DNA of 64,000 nt from Haliotis rufescens. Its lineage: Eukaryota. Positions 22,409 through 37,300 of the stretch are shown piece after piece (the stretch's first letter is position 1; each line of letters begins with the position of its first letter). The position numbers and the translations under genes were made by a program. The notes beneath the pieces were generated by a model, which saw only the letters and a list, made by a program, of their open reading frames with translations, ran no database searches and had not been told where the DNA came from. The stretch covers positions 27,714,001 to 27,778,000 of the forward strand of contig NW_025964223.1 of the NCBI RefSeq assembly GCF_023055435.1, in the 5' to 3' direction.

Positions 22409-25400
22409 AGGTGTGAAGAAGGGTGTGTAGGGGTGGGTGTTCAGGGATGTGCACTGGCATGTAGATTGTGTGCCATGGTGGTGTGAAGGGTGTGTAGGGG
22501 TGTTCAGGGATATGTGCTGGCATTGAGAGGGTGTGCCGTGGTGTGGTGAAGGGTGTGTAGAGGTGTTCAGGGATGTGCACTGGCATGTAGAGGGTGTGCC
22601 GTGGTGTGGTGAAGGGTGTGTAGAGGTGTTCAGGGATGTGCACTGGCATGTAGAGGGTGTGCCGTGGTGTGATGAAGGGTGTGTAGGGGTGTTCAGGGAT
22701 GTGTGCTGGCATGTAGAGGGTGTGCCATGGTGTGATGAAGGGTGTGTAGAGGTGTTCAGGGATGTGCACTGGCATGTAGAGGGTGTGCCGTGGTGTGGTG
22801 AAGGGTGTGTAGGGGTGTTCAGGGATGTGTGCTGGCATGTAGAGGGTGTGCCGTGGTGTGGTGAAGGGTGTGTAGAGGTGTTCAGGGATGTGCACTGGCA
22901 TGGAGAGGGTGTGCCGTGGTGTGGTGAAGGGTGTGTAGGGGTGTTCAGGAATGTGTGCCGGCATGGAGAGGGTGTGCCGTGGTGTGGTGAAGGGTGTGTA
23001 GAGGTGGGTGTTCAGGGATGTGCACTGGCATGTAGAGGGTGTGCCGTGGTGTGGTGAAGGGTGTGTAGGGGTGTTCAGGATTGTGTATTGGCATGGAGAG
23101 GGTGTGCCGTGGTGAGGTGAAGTGTGTGTAGGGGTGTTCAGGAATGTGCACTGGCATGTAGAGGGTGTGCCGTGGTGTGGTGAAGGGTGTGTAGGGGTGT
23201 TCAGGAATGTGCACTGGCATGGAGAGGGTGTGCCGTGGTGTGGTGAAGTGTGTGTAAAGGTGTTCAGGGATGTGCACTGGCATCTAGAGGGTGTGCCGTG
23301 GTGTGGTGAAGGGTGTGTAGAGGTGTTCAGGGATGTGCACTGGCATGGAGAGGGTGTGCCGTGGTGTGGTGAAGGGTGTGTAGAGGTGTTCAGGCATGTG
23401 CACTGGCATGTAGAGGGTGTGCCGTGGTGTGGTGAAGGGTGTGTAGGGGTGTTCAGGGATGTGCACTGGCATGGAGAGGGTGTGCCGTGGTGTGGTGAAG
23501 GGTGTGTAGAGGTGTTCAGGGATGTGCACTGGCATGGAGGTGTGCCGTGGTGTGGCGAAGGGTGTGTAGGGGTGTTCAGGGATGTGCACTGGCATAGAGA
23601 GGGTGTGCCGTGGTGTGGTGAAGTGTGTGTAGAGGTGTTCAGGGATGTGCACTGGCATGGAGAGGGTGTGCCGTGGTGTGGTGAAGGGTGTGTAGAGGTG
23701 TTCAGGGATGTGCACTGGCATGGAGAGGGTGTGCCGTGGTGTGGTGAAGGGTGTGTAGAGGTGTTCAGGGATGTCCACTGGCATGGAGAGGTTGTGCCGT
23801 GGTGTGGTGAAGGGTGTGTAGGGGTGTTCAGGAATGTGTGCTGGCATGGAGAGGGTGTGCCGTGGTGTGGTGAAGGGTGTGTAGAGGTGTTCAGGGATGT
23901 GCACTGGCATGGAGAGGGTGTGCCGTGGTGTGGTGAAGGGTGTGTAGGGGTGTTCAGGGATGTGCACTGGCATCTAGAGGATGTGCCGTGGTGTGGTGAA
24001 GGGTGTGTAGAGGTGTTCAGGGATGTGCACTGGCATGGAGAGGTTGTGCCGTGGTGTGGTGAAGGGTGTGTAGGGGTGTTCAGGGATGTGTGCTGGCATG
24101 TAGAGGGTGTGCCGTGGTGTGGTGAAGGGTGTGTAGAGGTGTTCAGGGATGTGCACTGGCATGGAGAGGGTGTGCCGTGGTGTGGTGAAGTGTGTGTAGA
24201 GGTGTTCAAGGATGTGCACTGGCATGGAGAGGGTGTGCCGTGGTGTGGTGAAGGGTGTGTAGAGGTGTTCAGGGATGTGCACTGGCATGGAGAGGGTGTG
24301 CCGTGGTGTGGTGAAGGGTGTGTAGAGGTGTTCAGGGATGTGCACTGGCATGTAGAGGTTGTGCCGTTGTGTGGTGAAGGGTGTGTAGGGGTGTTCAGGG
24401 ATGTGTGCTGGCATGTAGAGGGTATGCCGTGGTGTGGTGAAGGGTGTGTAGAGGTGTTTCAGGGATGTGCACTGGCATGGAGAGGGTGTGCCGTGGTGTG
24501 GTGAAGGGTGTGTAGAGGTGTTCAGGGATGTGCACTGGCATGGAGAGGGTGTGCCGTGGTGTGGTGAAGAGTGTGTAGAGGTGTTCAGGGATGTGCACTG
24601 GCATGTAGAGGGTGTGCCGTGGTGTGGTGAAGGGTGTGTAGAGGTGTTCAGGGATGTGTGCTGGCATGGAGAGGGTGTGCCGTGGTGTGGTGAAGGGTGT
24701 GTAGAGGTGTTCAGGGATGTGCACTGGCATGGAGAGGGTGTGCCGTGGTATGGTGAAGGGTGTGTAGAGGTGTTCAGGGATGTGCACTGGCATGTAGAGG
24801 GTGTGCCGTGGTGTGGTGAAGGGTGTGTAGAGGTGTTCAGGGATGTGTGCTGGCATGGAGAGGGTGTGCCGTGGTGTGGTGAAGGATGTGTAGAGGTGTT
24901 CAGGGATGTGCACTGGCATGGAGAGGGTGTGCCGTGGTGTGGAGAAGGGTGTGTAGGGGTGTTCAGGGATGTGTGCTGGCATGGAGAGGGTGTGCCGTGG
25001 TGTGAAGAGTGTGTAGGGGTGTTCAGGAATGTGTGCTGGCATGGAGAGGGTGTGCCGTGGTGTGAAGGGTGTGTAGGGGTGTTCAGGAATGTGTGCCGGC
25101 ATGGAGAGGGTGTGCCGTGGTGTGAAGGGTGTGTAGGGGTGTTCAGGGATGTGTGCTGGCATGGAGAGGGTGTGCCGTGGTGTGGTGAAGGGTGTGTAGG
25201 GGTGTTCAGGGATGTGTGCTGGCATGGAGAGGGTGTGCCGTGGTGTGGTGAAGTGTGTGTAGAGGTGTTCAAGGATGTGCACTGGCATGGAGAGGGTGTG
25301 CCGTGGTGTGGTGAAGGGTGTGTAGAGGTGTTCAGGGATGTGCACTGGCATGTAGAGGTTGTGCCGTTGTGTGGTGAAGGGTGTGTAGGGGTGTTCAGGG

Positions 25401-26575
25401 ATGTGTGCTGGCATGTAGAGGGTATGCCGTGGTGTGGTGAAGGGTGTGTAGAGGTGTTTCAGGGATGTGCACTGGCATGGAGAGGGTGTGCCGTGGTGTG
25501 GTGAAGGGTGTGTAGAGGTGTTCAGGGATGTGCACTGGCATGGAGAGGGTGTGCCGTGGTGTGGTGAAGAGTGTGTAGAGGTGTTCAGGGATGTGCACTG
25601 GCATGTAGAGGGTGTGCCGTGGTGTGGTGAAGGGTGTGTAGAGGTGTTCAGGGATGTGTGCTGGCATGGAGAGGGTGTGCCGTGGTGTGATGAAGGGTGT
25701 GTAGAGGTGTTCAGGGATGTGCACTGGCATGTAGAGGGTGTGCCGTGGTGTGGTGAAGGGTGTGTAGAGGTGTTCAGGGATGTGTGCTGGCATGGAGAGG
25801 GTGTGCCGTGGTGTGGTGAAGGATGTGTAGAGGTGTTCAGGGATGTGCACTGGCATGGAGAGGGTGTGCCGTGGTGTGGAGAAGGGTGTGTAGGGGTGTT
25901 CAGGGATGTGTGCTGGCATGGAGAGGGTGTGCCGTGGTGTGAAGAGTGTGTAGGGGTGTTCAGGAATGTGTGCTGGCATGGAGAGGGTGTGCCGTGGTGT
26001 GAAGGGTGTGTAGGGGTGTTCAGGAATGTGTGCCGGCATGGAGAGGGTGTGCCGTGGTGTGAAGGGTGTGTAGGGGTGTTCAGGGATGTGTGCTGGCATG
26101 GAGAGGGTGTGCCGTGGTGTGGTGAAGGGTGTGTAGGGGTGTTCAGGGATGTGTGCTGGCATGTAGAGGGTGTGCCGTGGTGTGGTGAAGGGTGTGTAGG
26201 GGTGTTCAGGGATGTGCACTGGCATCTAGAGGGTGTGCCGTGGTGTGGTTAAGGGTGTGTAGAGGTGTTCAGGGATGTGCACTGGCATGGAGAGGTTGTG
26301 CCGTGGTGTGGTGAAGGGTGTGTAGGGGTGTTCAGGGATGTGTGCTGGCATGTAGAGGGTGTGCCGTGGTGTGGTGAAGGGTGTGTAGAGGTGTTTCAGG
26401 GATGTGCACTGGCATGGAGAGGGTGTGCCGTGGTGTGAAGGGTGTGTTGAGGTGTTCAGGGATGTGCACTGGCATGGAGAGGGTGTGCCGTGGTGTGAAG
26501 GGTGCGTAGGGGTGTTCAGGGATGTGTGCTGGCATGGTGAGGGTGTGCCGTGGTGTGGTGAAGGGTGTGTTGAGG
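22409..26575. repeat. 63-bp G-rich minisatellite (~66 copies)
   Basis: Unit GTGTTCAGGGATGTGCACTGGCATGGAGAGGGTGTGCCGTGGTGTGGTGAAGGGTGTGTAGAG, with 60- and 64-bp variants. Confidence 0.97.
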
Positions 26576-27365
26576 CCTGCTTGGTGTGTAGGGGTGTGCA
26601 CCCCACCTATTTGAAGCATACTTAACTTTAATTCATGACCGAGCGTACACTATGACTCAATCACTTGGTAATATATTTTCAACAAAGTAACACCAAAAGA
26701 CTTAATGAATGCAAATTGACCAGAACTGTCAATGATAACTCAATTTTTCACATTGTTTTGAGAAGAAACAAAAAGAAAAACACATTTTATAATTTATCTG
26801 TAGAATATTTCATGATATATTGTGTCTCATCTCATGGCTAAAAGTTTCTATTTCCTGTATACTGACATTATAGAATGACCAGACCAAGCACAAGAAGATA
26901 CATGGACATTCATTAACTCAAAATTAACTATCAATAACAACAGATGGACAGAATGAACGGATGTCACATTCTGCTAACACTATAGTCAACTGTAACGTCA
27001 TTCAAAGGCATAACTGAAACTTCAGTTTGCTAGTTACATATTTAATTCCTTTGTATTTTATATTATATATTATATATAAAAATGATTTATACATTGTGAT
27101 ACTATTTGCCAATAATGCAATTCAATTATTCAATTATATGTAGCTCTTGTACTTGTAGTGAAACAAATAACACTACATTCTACACGCTCCTCTACGGGAG
27201 AAAATAAAAACTTTAATAAATTAGATAAACAATAAACTAAATGCTGAAATAATAAGACCAATAAAAACTTCCTTTTTTTTCTTCCATAAGCCATGTTTTT
27301 AAATCAAATTCTCTAAATTCAGGTACTTCCACAAAATTCATTTGAGATCATGATCAATATTATTA

Positions 27366-27617
27366 TCAACTGTATGCTGCATGGGTCAACTGTATGCTGC
27401 AAGAGTCAACTGTATGCTGCATGGGTCAACTGTATGCTGCAAGGGTCAACTGTATGCTGCAAGGGTCAAATGCATGCTGCAAGGGTCAACTGTATGCTGC
27501 AAGGGTCAACTGTATGCTGCAAGGGTCAACTGTATGCTGCATGGGGCAACTGCATGCTGCAAGGGTCAACTGTATGCTACACGGGTCAACTGTATGCTGC
27601 ATGGGTCAACTGTATGC
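27366..27617. repeat. 20-bp tandem repeat (~12.5 copies) in the 3' UTR of gene C
   Basis: Unit TCAACTGTATGCTGCA(A/T)GGG. Confidence 0.95.
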
Positions 27618-27634
27618 AGGAAGGTTGTAAAGTT

Positions 27635-30600
27635 TCAAGCTGTGAGAGGTGAATCCCAGGAACGGTGAAAGTCATCTGAGGCATGACTCAGCTCTTCCCG
27701 ATATGTCAGCAGATCCTGCCATTTGTCACGTGACCTGATCAGCTGATTATTCTTGTGAGCCTCGTAGTGGAACTCTGGGGTCTTCATCTCGTACCTAGGA
27801 AACAAGCGTGGAAAAGTTAATTAAACAATGTTGTTAGAAAATGAAGCAGGAAAGCCAAGGCTTTTAATCTAGCCCTGTTCAACTCCAAGACTTAGGGGTC
27901 CGCAGGTTATAATACTACTGTAGCAAACCTCAAGGATCCCCATTAGCTTCCAACAGTGCATTGCTAATATCCTCTCCAAATGGTAATACATCAGTGATGA
28001 ATGAAAAATTCAGTCAGTGACATTGATACCATCCCCCATCGACGGATTCCATCAACACCCCCACCAATATCCCCCATCAACATCCCCAATCAACATCGAT
28101 CTCCACCAACATCCCACATCAAAATCGATCTCCACCAACATCCCCAACCTACATCGATCTCCACCAACATCCCCCATCAACATCGATCTCCACCAACATC
28201 CCCCGTCAACATCGATCTCCACCAACATCCCCAACCGACATCCATCTCCACCAACATCCCCCATCAACATCGATCTCCACCAACATCCCCCACCAACATC
28301 GATCTCCACTAACATCCCCCATCAACATCGATCTCCACCAACATCCCCCATTGTTCATTGACATATTCCATCAACACCCCCACCAACATCCCCCATCAAC
28401 ATTGATCTCCACCAACATCCCCAACCTACATCGATCTCCATCAACATCCCCCATCTACATCGATCTCCACTAACATCCCCCATCAACATTGATCTCCACC
28501 AACATCCCCAACCTACATCGATCTCCACCAACATCCCCCATCAACATCGATCTCCACCAACATCCCCAACCTACATCGATCTCCACCAACATCCCCCATC
28601 AACATCCCCAATCTACATCGATCTCCACTAACATCCCCAACCTACATCGATCTCCACCAACATCCCCCATCAACATCCCCATCAACATCAATCTCAAACA
28701 ACATTACCCATCAACATCCCCATCAAAATTGATCTTCACAAACATCCCCCATCAACATCGATCTCTAACCAACATCCCCCATCAACATCGATCTCCACGA
28801 ACATCCCCCATCAACATCGATCTCCACCAACATCCCCCATCAACATCCCCAATCAACATCAATCTCCACCAACATCCCCCATCAACGTCCCCATCAAAAT
28901 TGATCTTCACCAACATCCCCAATCAACATCGATCTTCACCAACATCCCCCATCAACATCGATCTCCACCAACATCCCCCATCAAAATCAATCTTCACCAA
29001 TATCCCCCATCAACATCAATCTCCACCAACATCCCCCAACAACATCGATCTCCACCAACATCCCCAACCTACATCTATCTCCACCAACATCCCCCATCAG
29101 CATCGATCTCTACCAACATCCCCAACCTACATCGATCTCCACCAACATCCCACATCAACATCGATCTCCATCAACATCCCCCATCAACTTCGATCTCCAC
29201 CAACATCCTCCATCAACATCCCACATCAAAATCAATCTCCACCAACATCCCCCATCAAAATCAATCTTCACCAACATCCCCCATCAACATCCCCCATCAA
29301 AATCGATCTCCACCAACATCCCCCATCAACATCCCCCATCAAAATCGATCTTCACCAACATCCCCCATCAACATCCCCCATCAAAATTGATCTTCACCAA
29401 CATCCCCCATCAACATCGATCTCCACCAACATCCCCAATCAACATCCCCAATCAACATCAATCTCCACCAACATCCCCCATCAACATCCCCATCAAAATT
29501 GATCTTCACCAACATCCCCAATCAACATTGATCTTCACCAACATCCCCAATCAACATCGATCTCCACCAACATCCCCCATCAACATCCCCCATCAAAATC
29601 AATCTTCACCAACATCCCCAATCAACATTGATCGTCACCAACATCCCCAATCAACATCGATCTCCACCAACATCCCCCATCAACATCCCCCATCAAAATC
29701 AATCTTCACCAACATCCCCCATCAACAGCGATCTCCACCAACATCCCCCATCAACATCGATCTCCAATAACAACCCCAACCTACATCGATCTCCACCAAC
29801 ATCCCCCATCAACATCCCTAATCGACATCGATCTCCATCAACATCCCCCATCAACATCGATCTCCACCAACATCCCACATCAACATCCCCCATCAACATC
29901 AATCTCCACCAACATCCCCCATCAAAATCGATCTTCACCAACATCCCCCATGAACATCCCCCATCAAAATCGATCTCCACCAACATCCCCCATCAACATT
30001 GATCTCCACCAACATCCCCAACCTACATTGATCTCCACCGACATCCCCCATCAACATCGATCTCCACCAACATCCCCCATCAACATCCCCCATCTACATC
30101 GATCTCCACTAACATCCCCAACCTACATCGATCTTCACCAACATCCCCCATCAACATCCCCAATCAACATCAATCTCCACCAACATCCCCCATCAACATC
30201 CCAACCTACATCGATCTCCACCAACATCCACCATCAACATCGATCTCCACCAACATCCCCAATCAACATCCCTAATCGACATTGATCTCCATCAACATCC
30301 CCCATCAACATCGATCTCCACTCACATACCCCATCAACATCCCCCATCAACATAGATCTCCACTAACATCCCCAACCTACAGTGATCTCCACCAACATCC
30401 CCCATCAACATCCCTAATCGACATCGATCTCCACCAACATCCCACATCAACATCGACCTCCACTAACATCCCCAATCAACATCGATCTCCACCAATATCC
30501 CCCATCAACATCGATCTTCACCAACATCCCTCATCAACATCGATCTCCACCAACATCCCCCATCAACATCCCCCATCAACATCGACGTCCACTAACATCC

Positions 30601-33600
30601 CCAACCTACAGCGATCTCCACCAACATCCCCAATCAACATCGATCTCCACCAACATCCCCCATCAACATCGATCTTCACCAACATCCCCAACCTACATCT
30701 ATCTCCACCAACATCCCCCATCAACATCGATCTCCACCAACATCCCCAACCTACATCTATCTCCACCAACATCCCCCATCAACACCGATCTCCACCAACA
30801 TCCCCAACCTACATCTATCTCCACCAACATCCCCAACCGACATCTATCTCCACCAACATCCCCCATCAACAGCGATCTCCACCAACATCCCCCATCAACA
30901 TCCCTAATCGACATCGATCTCCACCAACATCCCACATCAACATCGACCTCCACTAACATCCCCAATCAACATCGATCTCCACCAATATCCCCCATCAACA
31001 TCGATCTTCACCAACATCCCTCATCAACATCGATCTCCACCAACATCCCCCATCAACATCCCCCATCAACATCGACCTCCACTAACATCCCCAACCTACA
31101 GCGATCTCCACCAACATCCCCAATCAACATCGATCTCCACCAACATCCCCCATCAACATCGATCTTCACCAACATCCCCAACCTACATCTATCTCCACCA
31201 ACATCCCCCATCAACATCGATCTCCACCAACATCCCCAACCTACATATATCTCCACCAACATCCCCCATCAACACCGATCTCCACCAACATCCCCAACCT
31301 ACATCTATCTCCACCAACATCCCCAACCGACATCTATCTCCACCAACATCCCCCATCAACAGCGATCTCCACCAACATCCCCAATCAACATCGATCTCAG
31401 CCAACATCCCCCATCAACATCGATCTCCACCAACATCCCCAACCTACATCTATCTCCACCAACATCCCCAACCGACATCTATCTCCACCAACATCCCTCA
31501 TCAACAGCGATCTCCACCAACATCCCCAATCAACATCGATCTCAGCCAACATCCCCCATCAACATCGATCTCCACCAACATCCCCAACCTACATCTATCT
31601 CCACCAACATCCCCCATCAACATCGATCTCCACCAACATCCCAACCTACATCGATCTCCACCAACATCCCCAATCATCATCGATCTCCACCAACATCCCA
31701 ACCTACATCGATCTCCACCAACATCCACCATCAACATCAAACTCCACCAACATCCCAACCTACATCCATCTCCACCAACATCCCCCACCTACAACATCTC
31801 GTACCAATCCACTGGACATAGCTTTTACAAAGTTTTAGTTTTATATCATGTCAAATATATATCAAAAATGTTTTGACCCTTTTTTCACCACAGCTGCATG
31901 ACTGACAGCACAATCTTTACCTCTCTCATCAGAGACGTTTCTTGCTCATCAGGGTTCTAAATTAAGAAAAATCTTCAACTCTGAGACTGGTAAAATTCAG
32001 TTAGGACTTGTAACATTGAGGACAAGGGAAAATATAATTAATGTCATATCTTATTCAGACATGAGTTTGAAAAGAACAACCAATCACAATGATTACACAA
32101 TGAGCAATCCCTAAAAAATCCTTGTTCTGTCATTTAGTCATTTATATTTTCAATGATATAAATGTATTACAACACATAAATATGATATTTATATAATTAA
32201 AAATGATTTCATATAGATGTTCTACACTCAAGGACCTCTGCCAGATTGAAAACAGTGCAGTGTAAGCAAGGTCCATGTGAAGTGTTCCATCTATTCCAAG
32301 TGGTCAAAAAGTCACCATAGGAAATGAAATACTTGTGGATAAAGATGCTAGATGAATCTTATTAACAAAGTTTAATTGGGAGATACTTAATCCATATGAT
32401 CTTCATGGCAGATTCCAGACTCTCTGAATGTTGTTTAGTGGATTAATAACCAACATAAACATTAACAAAACGTCAAGATCGTTCTGATCAATAGATTATA
32501 TTGCAGCCTGTGAAACATTCCTTTTCTCCTGGGAGGAAATGCGATATAAGTTTGTGGGATTGGGATCAAAGCTCAACCCACAAACTGTTTGGGGGTAAAA
32601 TGAGACACACCCAACCCCCAACCCTCACATCAGTAAAACACTATACATATCAGTAAGACACCACACACACACCCAACCCTCGCATCAGTAAAACACTATA
32701 CACATCAGTAAGACACCACACACACACCCGACCCTCACATCAGTAAAACACTATACACATCAGTAAGACACCACACACACACCCAACCCTCACATCAGTA
32801 AAACACTATACATATCAGTAAGACACCACACACACACACACACCCAACCCTCACATCAGTAAAACACTATACACATCAGTAAGACACCACACACACACAC
32901 ACCCAACCCTCACATCAGTAAAACACTATACACATCAGTAAGACACCACACACACACCCAACCCTCACATCAGTAAAACACCATACACATCAGTAGGACA
33001 CCACACACACACCCAACCCTCACATCAGTAAAACACTATACATATCAGTAAGACACCACACACACACACACACCCAACCCTCACATCAGTAAAACACTAT
33101 ACACATCAGTAAGACACCACACACACACCCAACCCTCACATCAGTAAAACACTATACATATCAGTAAGACACCACACACACACACCCAACCCTCACATCA
33201 GTAAAACACTATACACATCAGTAAGACACCACACACACCTAACCCTCACATCAGTAAAACACCATACACATCAGTAAGACACCACACACACACCCAACCC
33301 TCACATCAGTAAAACACCATACACATCAGTAAGACACCACACACACACCCGACCCTCACATCAGTAAAACACTATACATATCAGTAAGACACCACACACA
33401 CACACACACCCAACCCTCACATCAGTAAAACACCATACACATCAGTAAGACACCACAACACCCAACCCTCACATCAGTAAAACACTATACATATCAGTAA
33501 GACACCACACACACACCCAACCCTCACATCAGTAAAACACTATACACATCAGTAAGACACCACACACACACACCCGACCCTCACATCAGTAAAACACTAT

Positions 33601-34359
33601 ACATATCAGTAAGACACCACACACACACCCAACCCTCACATCAGTAAAACACCATACACATCAGTAAGACACCACACACACACACCCGACCCTCACATCA
33701 GTAAAACACCATACACATCAGTAAGACACCACACACACACACACACCCAACCCTCACATCTGTAAAACACTATACATATCAGTAAGACACCACACACACA
33801 CACACACACAACCCTCACATCAGTAAAACACTATACACATCAGTAAGACACCACACACACACCCGACCCTCACATCAGTAAAACACCATACACATCAGTA
33901 AGACACCACACACACACACCCGACCCTCACATCAGTAAAACACTATACACACCAGTAAGACACCACACACACACCCAACCCTCACATCAGTAAAACACCA
34001 TACACATCAGTAAGACACCACACACACACCCGACCCTCACATCAGTAAAACACCATACACATCAGTAAGACACCACACACACACACCCAACCCTCACATC
34101 AGTAAAACACTATACACATCAGTAAGACACCACACACACACCCAACCCTCACATCAGTAAAACACTATACATATCAGTAAGACACCACACACACACACAC
34201 ACACACAACCCTCACATCAGTAAAACACTATACACATCAGTAAGACACCACACACACACCCGACCCTCACATCAGTAAAACACTATACACATCAGTAAGA
34301 CACCACACACACCCACCCAACCCTCACATCAGTAAAACACCATACACATCAGTAAGACA

Positions 34360-34392
<33 letters not shown>

Positions 34393-37300
34393 AAACCCTC
34401 ACATCAGTAAAACACTATACACATCAGTAAGACACCACACACACACACCCACACACACCCAACCCTCACATCAGTAAAACACCATACACATCAGTAAGAC
34501 ACCACACACACACACACGACCCTCACATCAGTAAAACACCATACACATCAGTAAGACACCACACACACACACACACCCAACCCTCACATCAGTAAAACAC
34601 CATACACATCAGTAAGACACCACACACACACACCCGACCCTCACATCAGTAAAACACCATACACATCAGTAAGACACCACACACACACACACACACCCGA
34701 CCCTCACATCAGTAAAACACCATACACATCAGTAAGACACCACACACACACACACACCCAACCCTCACATCAGTAAAACACCATACACATCAGTAAGACA
34801 CCACACACACACACACACCCAACCCTCACATCAGTAAAACACCATACACATCAGTAAGACACCACACACACACCCAACCCTCACATCAGTAAAACACCAT
34901 ACACATCAGTAAGACACCATACACACACACCCGACCCTCACATCAGTAAAACACCATACACATCAGTAAGACACCACACACACACACACGACCCTCACAT
35001 CAGTAAAACACCATACACATCAGTAAGACACCACACACACACACCCAACCCTCACATCAGTAAAACACCATACACATCAGTAAGACACCACACACACACC
35101 CAACCCTCACATCAGTAAAACACCATACACATCAGTAAGACACCACACACACACACACCCGACCCTCACATCAGTAAAACACCATACACATCAGTAAGAC
35201 ACCACACACACACACACACCCAACCCTCACATCAGTAAAACACCATACACATCAGTAAGACACCACACACACACACACACACCCTCACATCAGTAAAACA
35301 CCATACACATCAGTAAGACACCACACACACACCCAACCCTCACATCAGTAAAACACCATACACATCAGTAAGACACCACACACACACCCAACCCTCACAT
35401 CAGTAAAACACCATACACATCAGTAAGACACCACACACACACCCAACCCTCACATCAGTAAAACACCATACACATCAGTAAGACACCACACACACACACA
35501 CGACCCTCACATCAGTAAAACACCATACACATCAGTAAGACACCACACACACACACACACACCCGACCCTCACATCAGTAAAACACCATACACATCAGTA
35601 AGACACCACACACACACACACGCCCAACCCTCACATCAGTAAAACACCATACACATCAGTAAGACACCACACACACACACACACCCAACCCTCACATCAG
35701 TAAAACACCATACACATCAGTAAGACACCACACACACACACACCCAACCCTCACATCAGTAAAACACCATACACATCAGTAAGACACCACATACACACAC
35801 ACACCCAACCCTCACATCAGTAAAACACCATACACATCAGTAAGACACCACACACACACCCAACCCTCACATCAGTAAAACACCATACACATCAGTAAGA
35901 CACCACACACACACCCAACCCTCACATCAGTAAAACACTATACACATCAGTAAGACACCACACACACACACACCCAACCCTCACATCAGTAAAACACCAT
36001 ACACATCAGTAAGACACCACATACACACACACACCCAACCCTCACATCAGTAAAACACCATACACATCAGTAAGACACCACACACACACCCAACCCTCAC
36101 ATCAGTAAGACACCACCAACATCAACACCGCTTCAACATCTGTCAGTTATGAAAACAATTCAACCACAAAATAAAACATCTGCATTCCCCAATTTAAAAG
36201 TTATTGGTACCATATGTAGATATCAGATTAACAGTAATCGCATTGTTGTTTACTGACATTGGAAAAAAAACCCAGGCATTTATTACCCTTCTTTAACACA
36301 TATATTACTGACATTTCAGACAATACTAACAGGTATATGACTTTTAATCAGAAATATTTTTCTACATGTTATGAAACTGCCAGACACAGTTCTAAGCCTC
36401 TTGACAATGTTGATTTTCAATTCCAACTACAGAACTCTGATTTGTGCTTCCTTGGACAAAGTCACTGAAGCAAGCATGCAGGGACTACCCAGAGTACTGG
36501 CATCACAACTCTGTTAGCCCTTGACTGATTCCCGACCTTTATTATCGCTAAGTGAAAAACAAAAAATGTAACCAAAATATTTCTTTATCTGAATATGCAA
36601 TAACACAGACCTGAAAAAATTATTCCCTTTGCATGTCCAATCTCACATAGTACCAAAAGATACCTTACCATTTCTGCTTGGGCCCTCGTATTCTCTCCAA
36701 CTCCTCCTGTCTCTTCAGCTCCAGCAACCTGTCCTCCTCCATCCTCAGTCTCTCCATCCGCAGTCGAGCCAGCTCAGTCTGATAGGGCGTCACTGTTATC
36801 AACTTCACTGCTGACGCTGAATCAACATTGAACATAATAAGTCTTCAAATGTCTTTTAGAAGTGATACACATAAAAAAAGAGAATTTATGGATGTCAACT
36901 TTTTATTATGAGGAACACAACGTGCTTGGGACTGATTGATTTATTAATCTGTGTCACCATCTATCTGTCACCTTATTCTTCTATCAAAGCTAATTAATCT
37001 AGTTGGCTTCCATTTGTCCATTGCTCATAACCAATCACTGAATCAGCGCTAATTAACTGTTGGCTTCCATCAAGTTGTTATCTTACTGCTTTTATTTTCT
37101 TACAGGTACATATATGCCCTCTGCATCCTTGCATTCATTCACCTGAAGGAGTAAGTACATACTCCGAAACGCTGTGTTCCTCATCAGAATTAGTTGACAT
37201 CCGTACAATCTCCCTCTTTATATTAAACACATAATCCAGGGTTCCTTGTATTAGAGTGATAATGCCATGGCTATATTCATCATGGTTAATATGTTCCTGG

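Noticed and set aside
22356-26625. His/Trp/Cys-rich 21-aa repeat ORFs (VFRDVHWHGEGVPWCGEGCVE and antisense) as a metal-binding protein
   Set aside because: The array is open on both strands and in several frames, is broken by 1-nt insertions, and has no flanking unique coding sequence or splice context.
28001-31788. ORFs in the 29-bp array
   Set aside because: The unit is not a multiple of 3, frame changes are frequent, and the array lies in an intron of gene C.
32605-36115. CRISPR-like repeat-spacer array
   Set aside because: The variable parts are only (CA)n length changes rather than unique spacers, the context is eukaryotic, and there are no cas genes.
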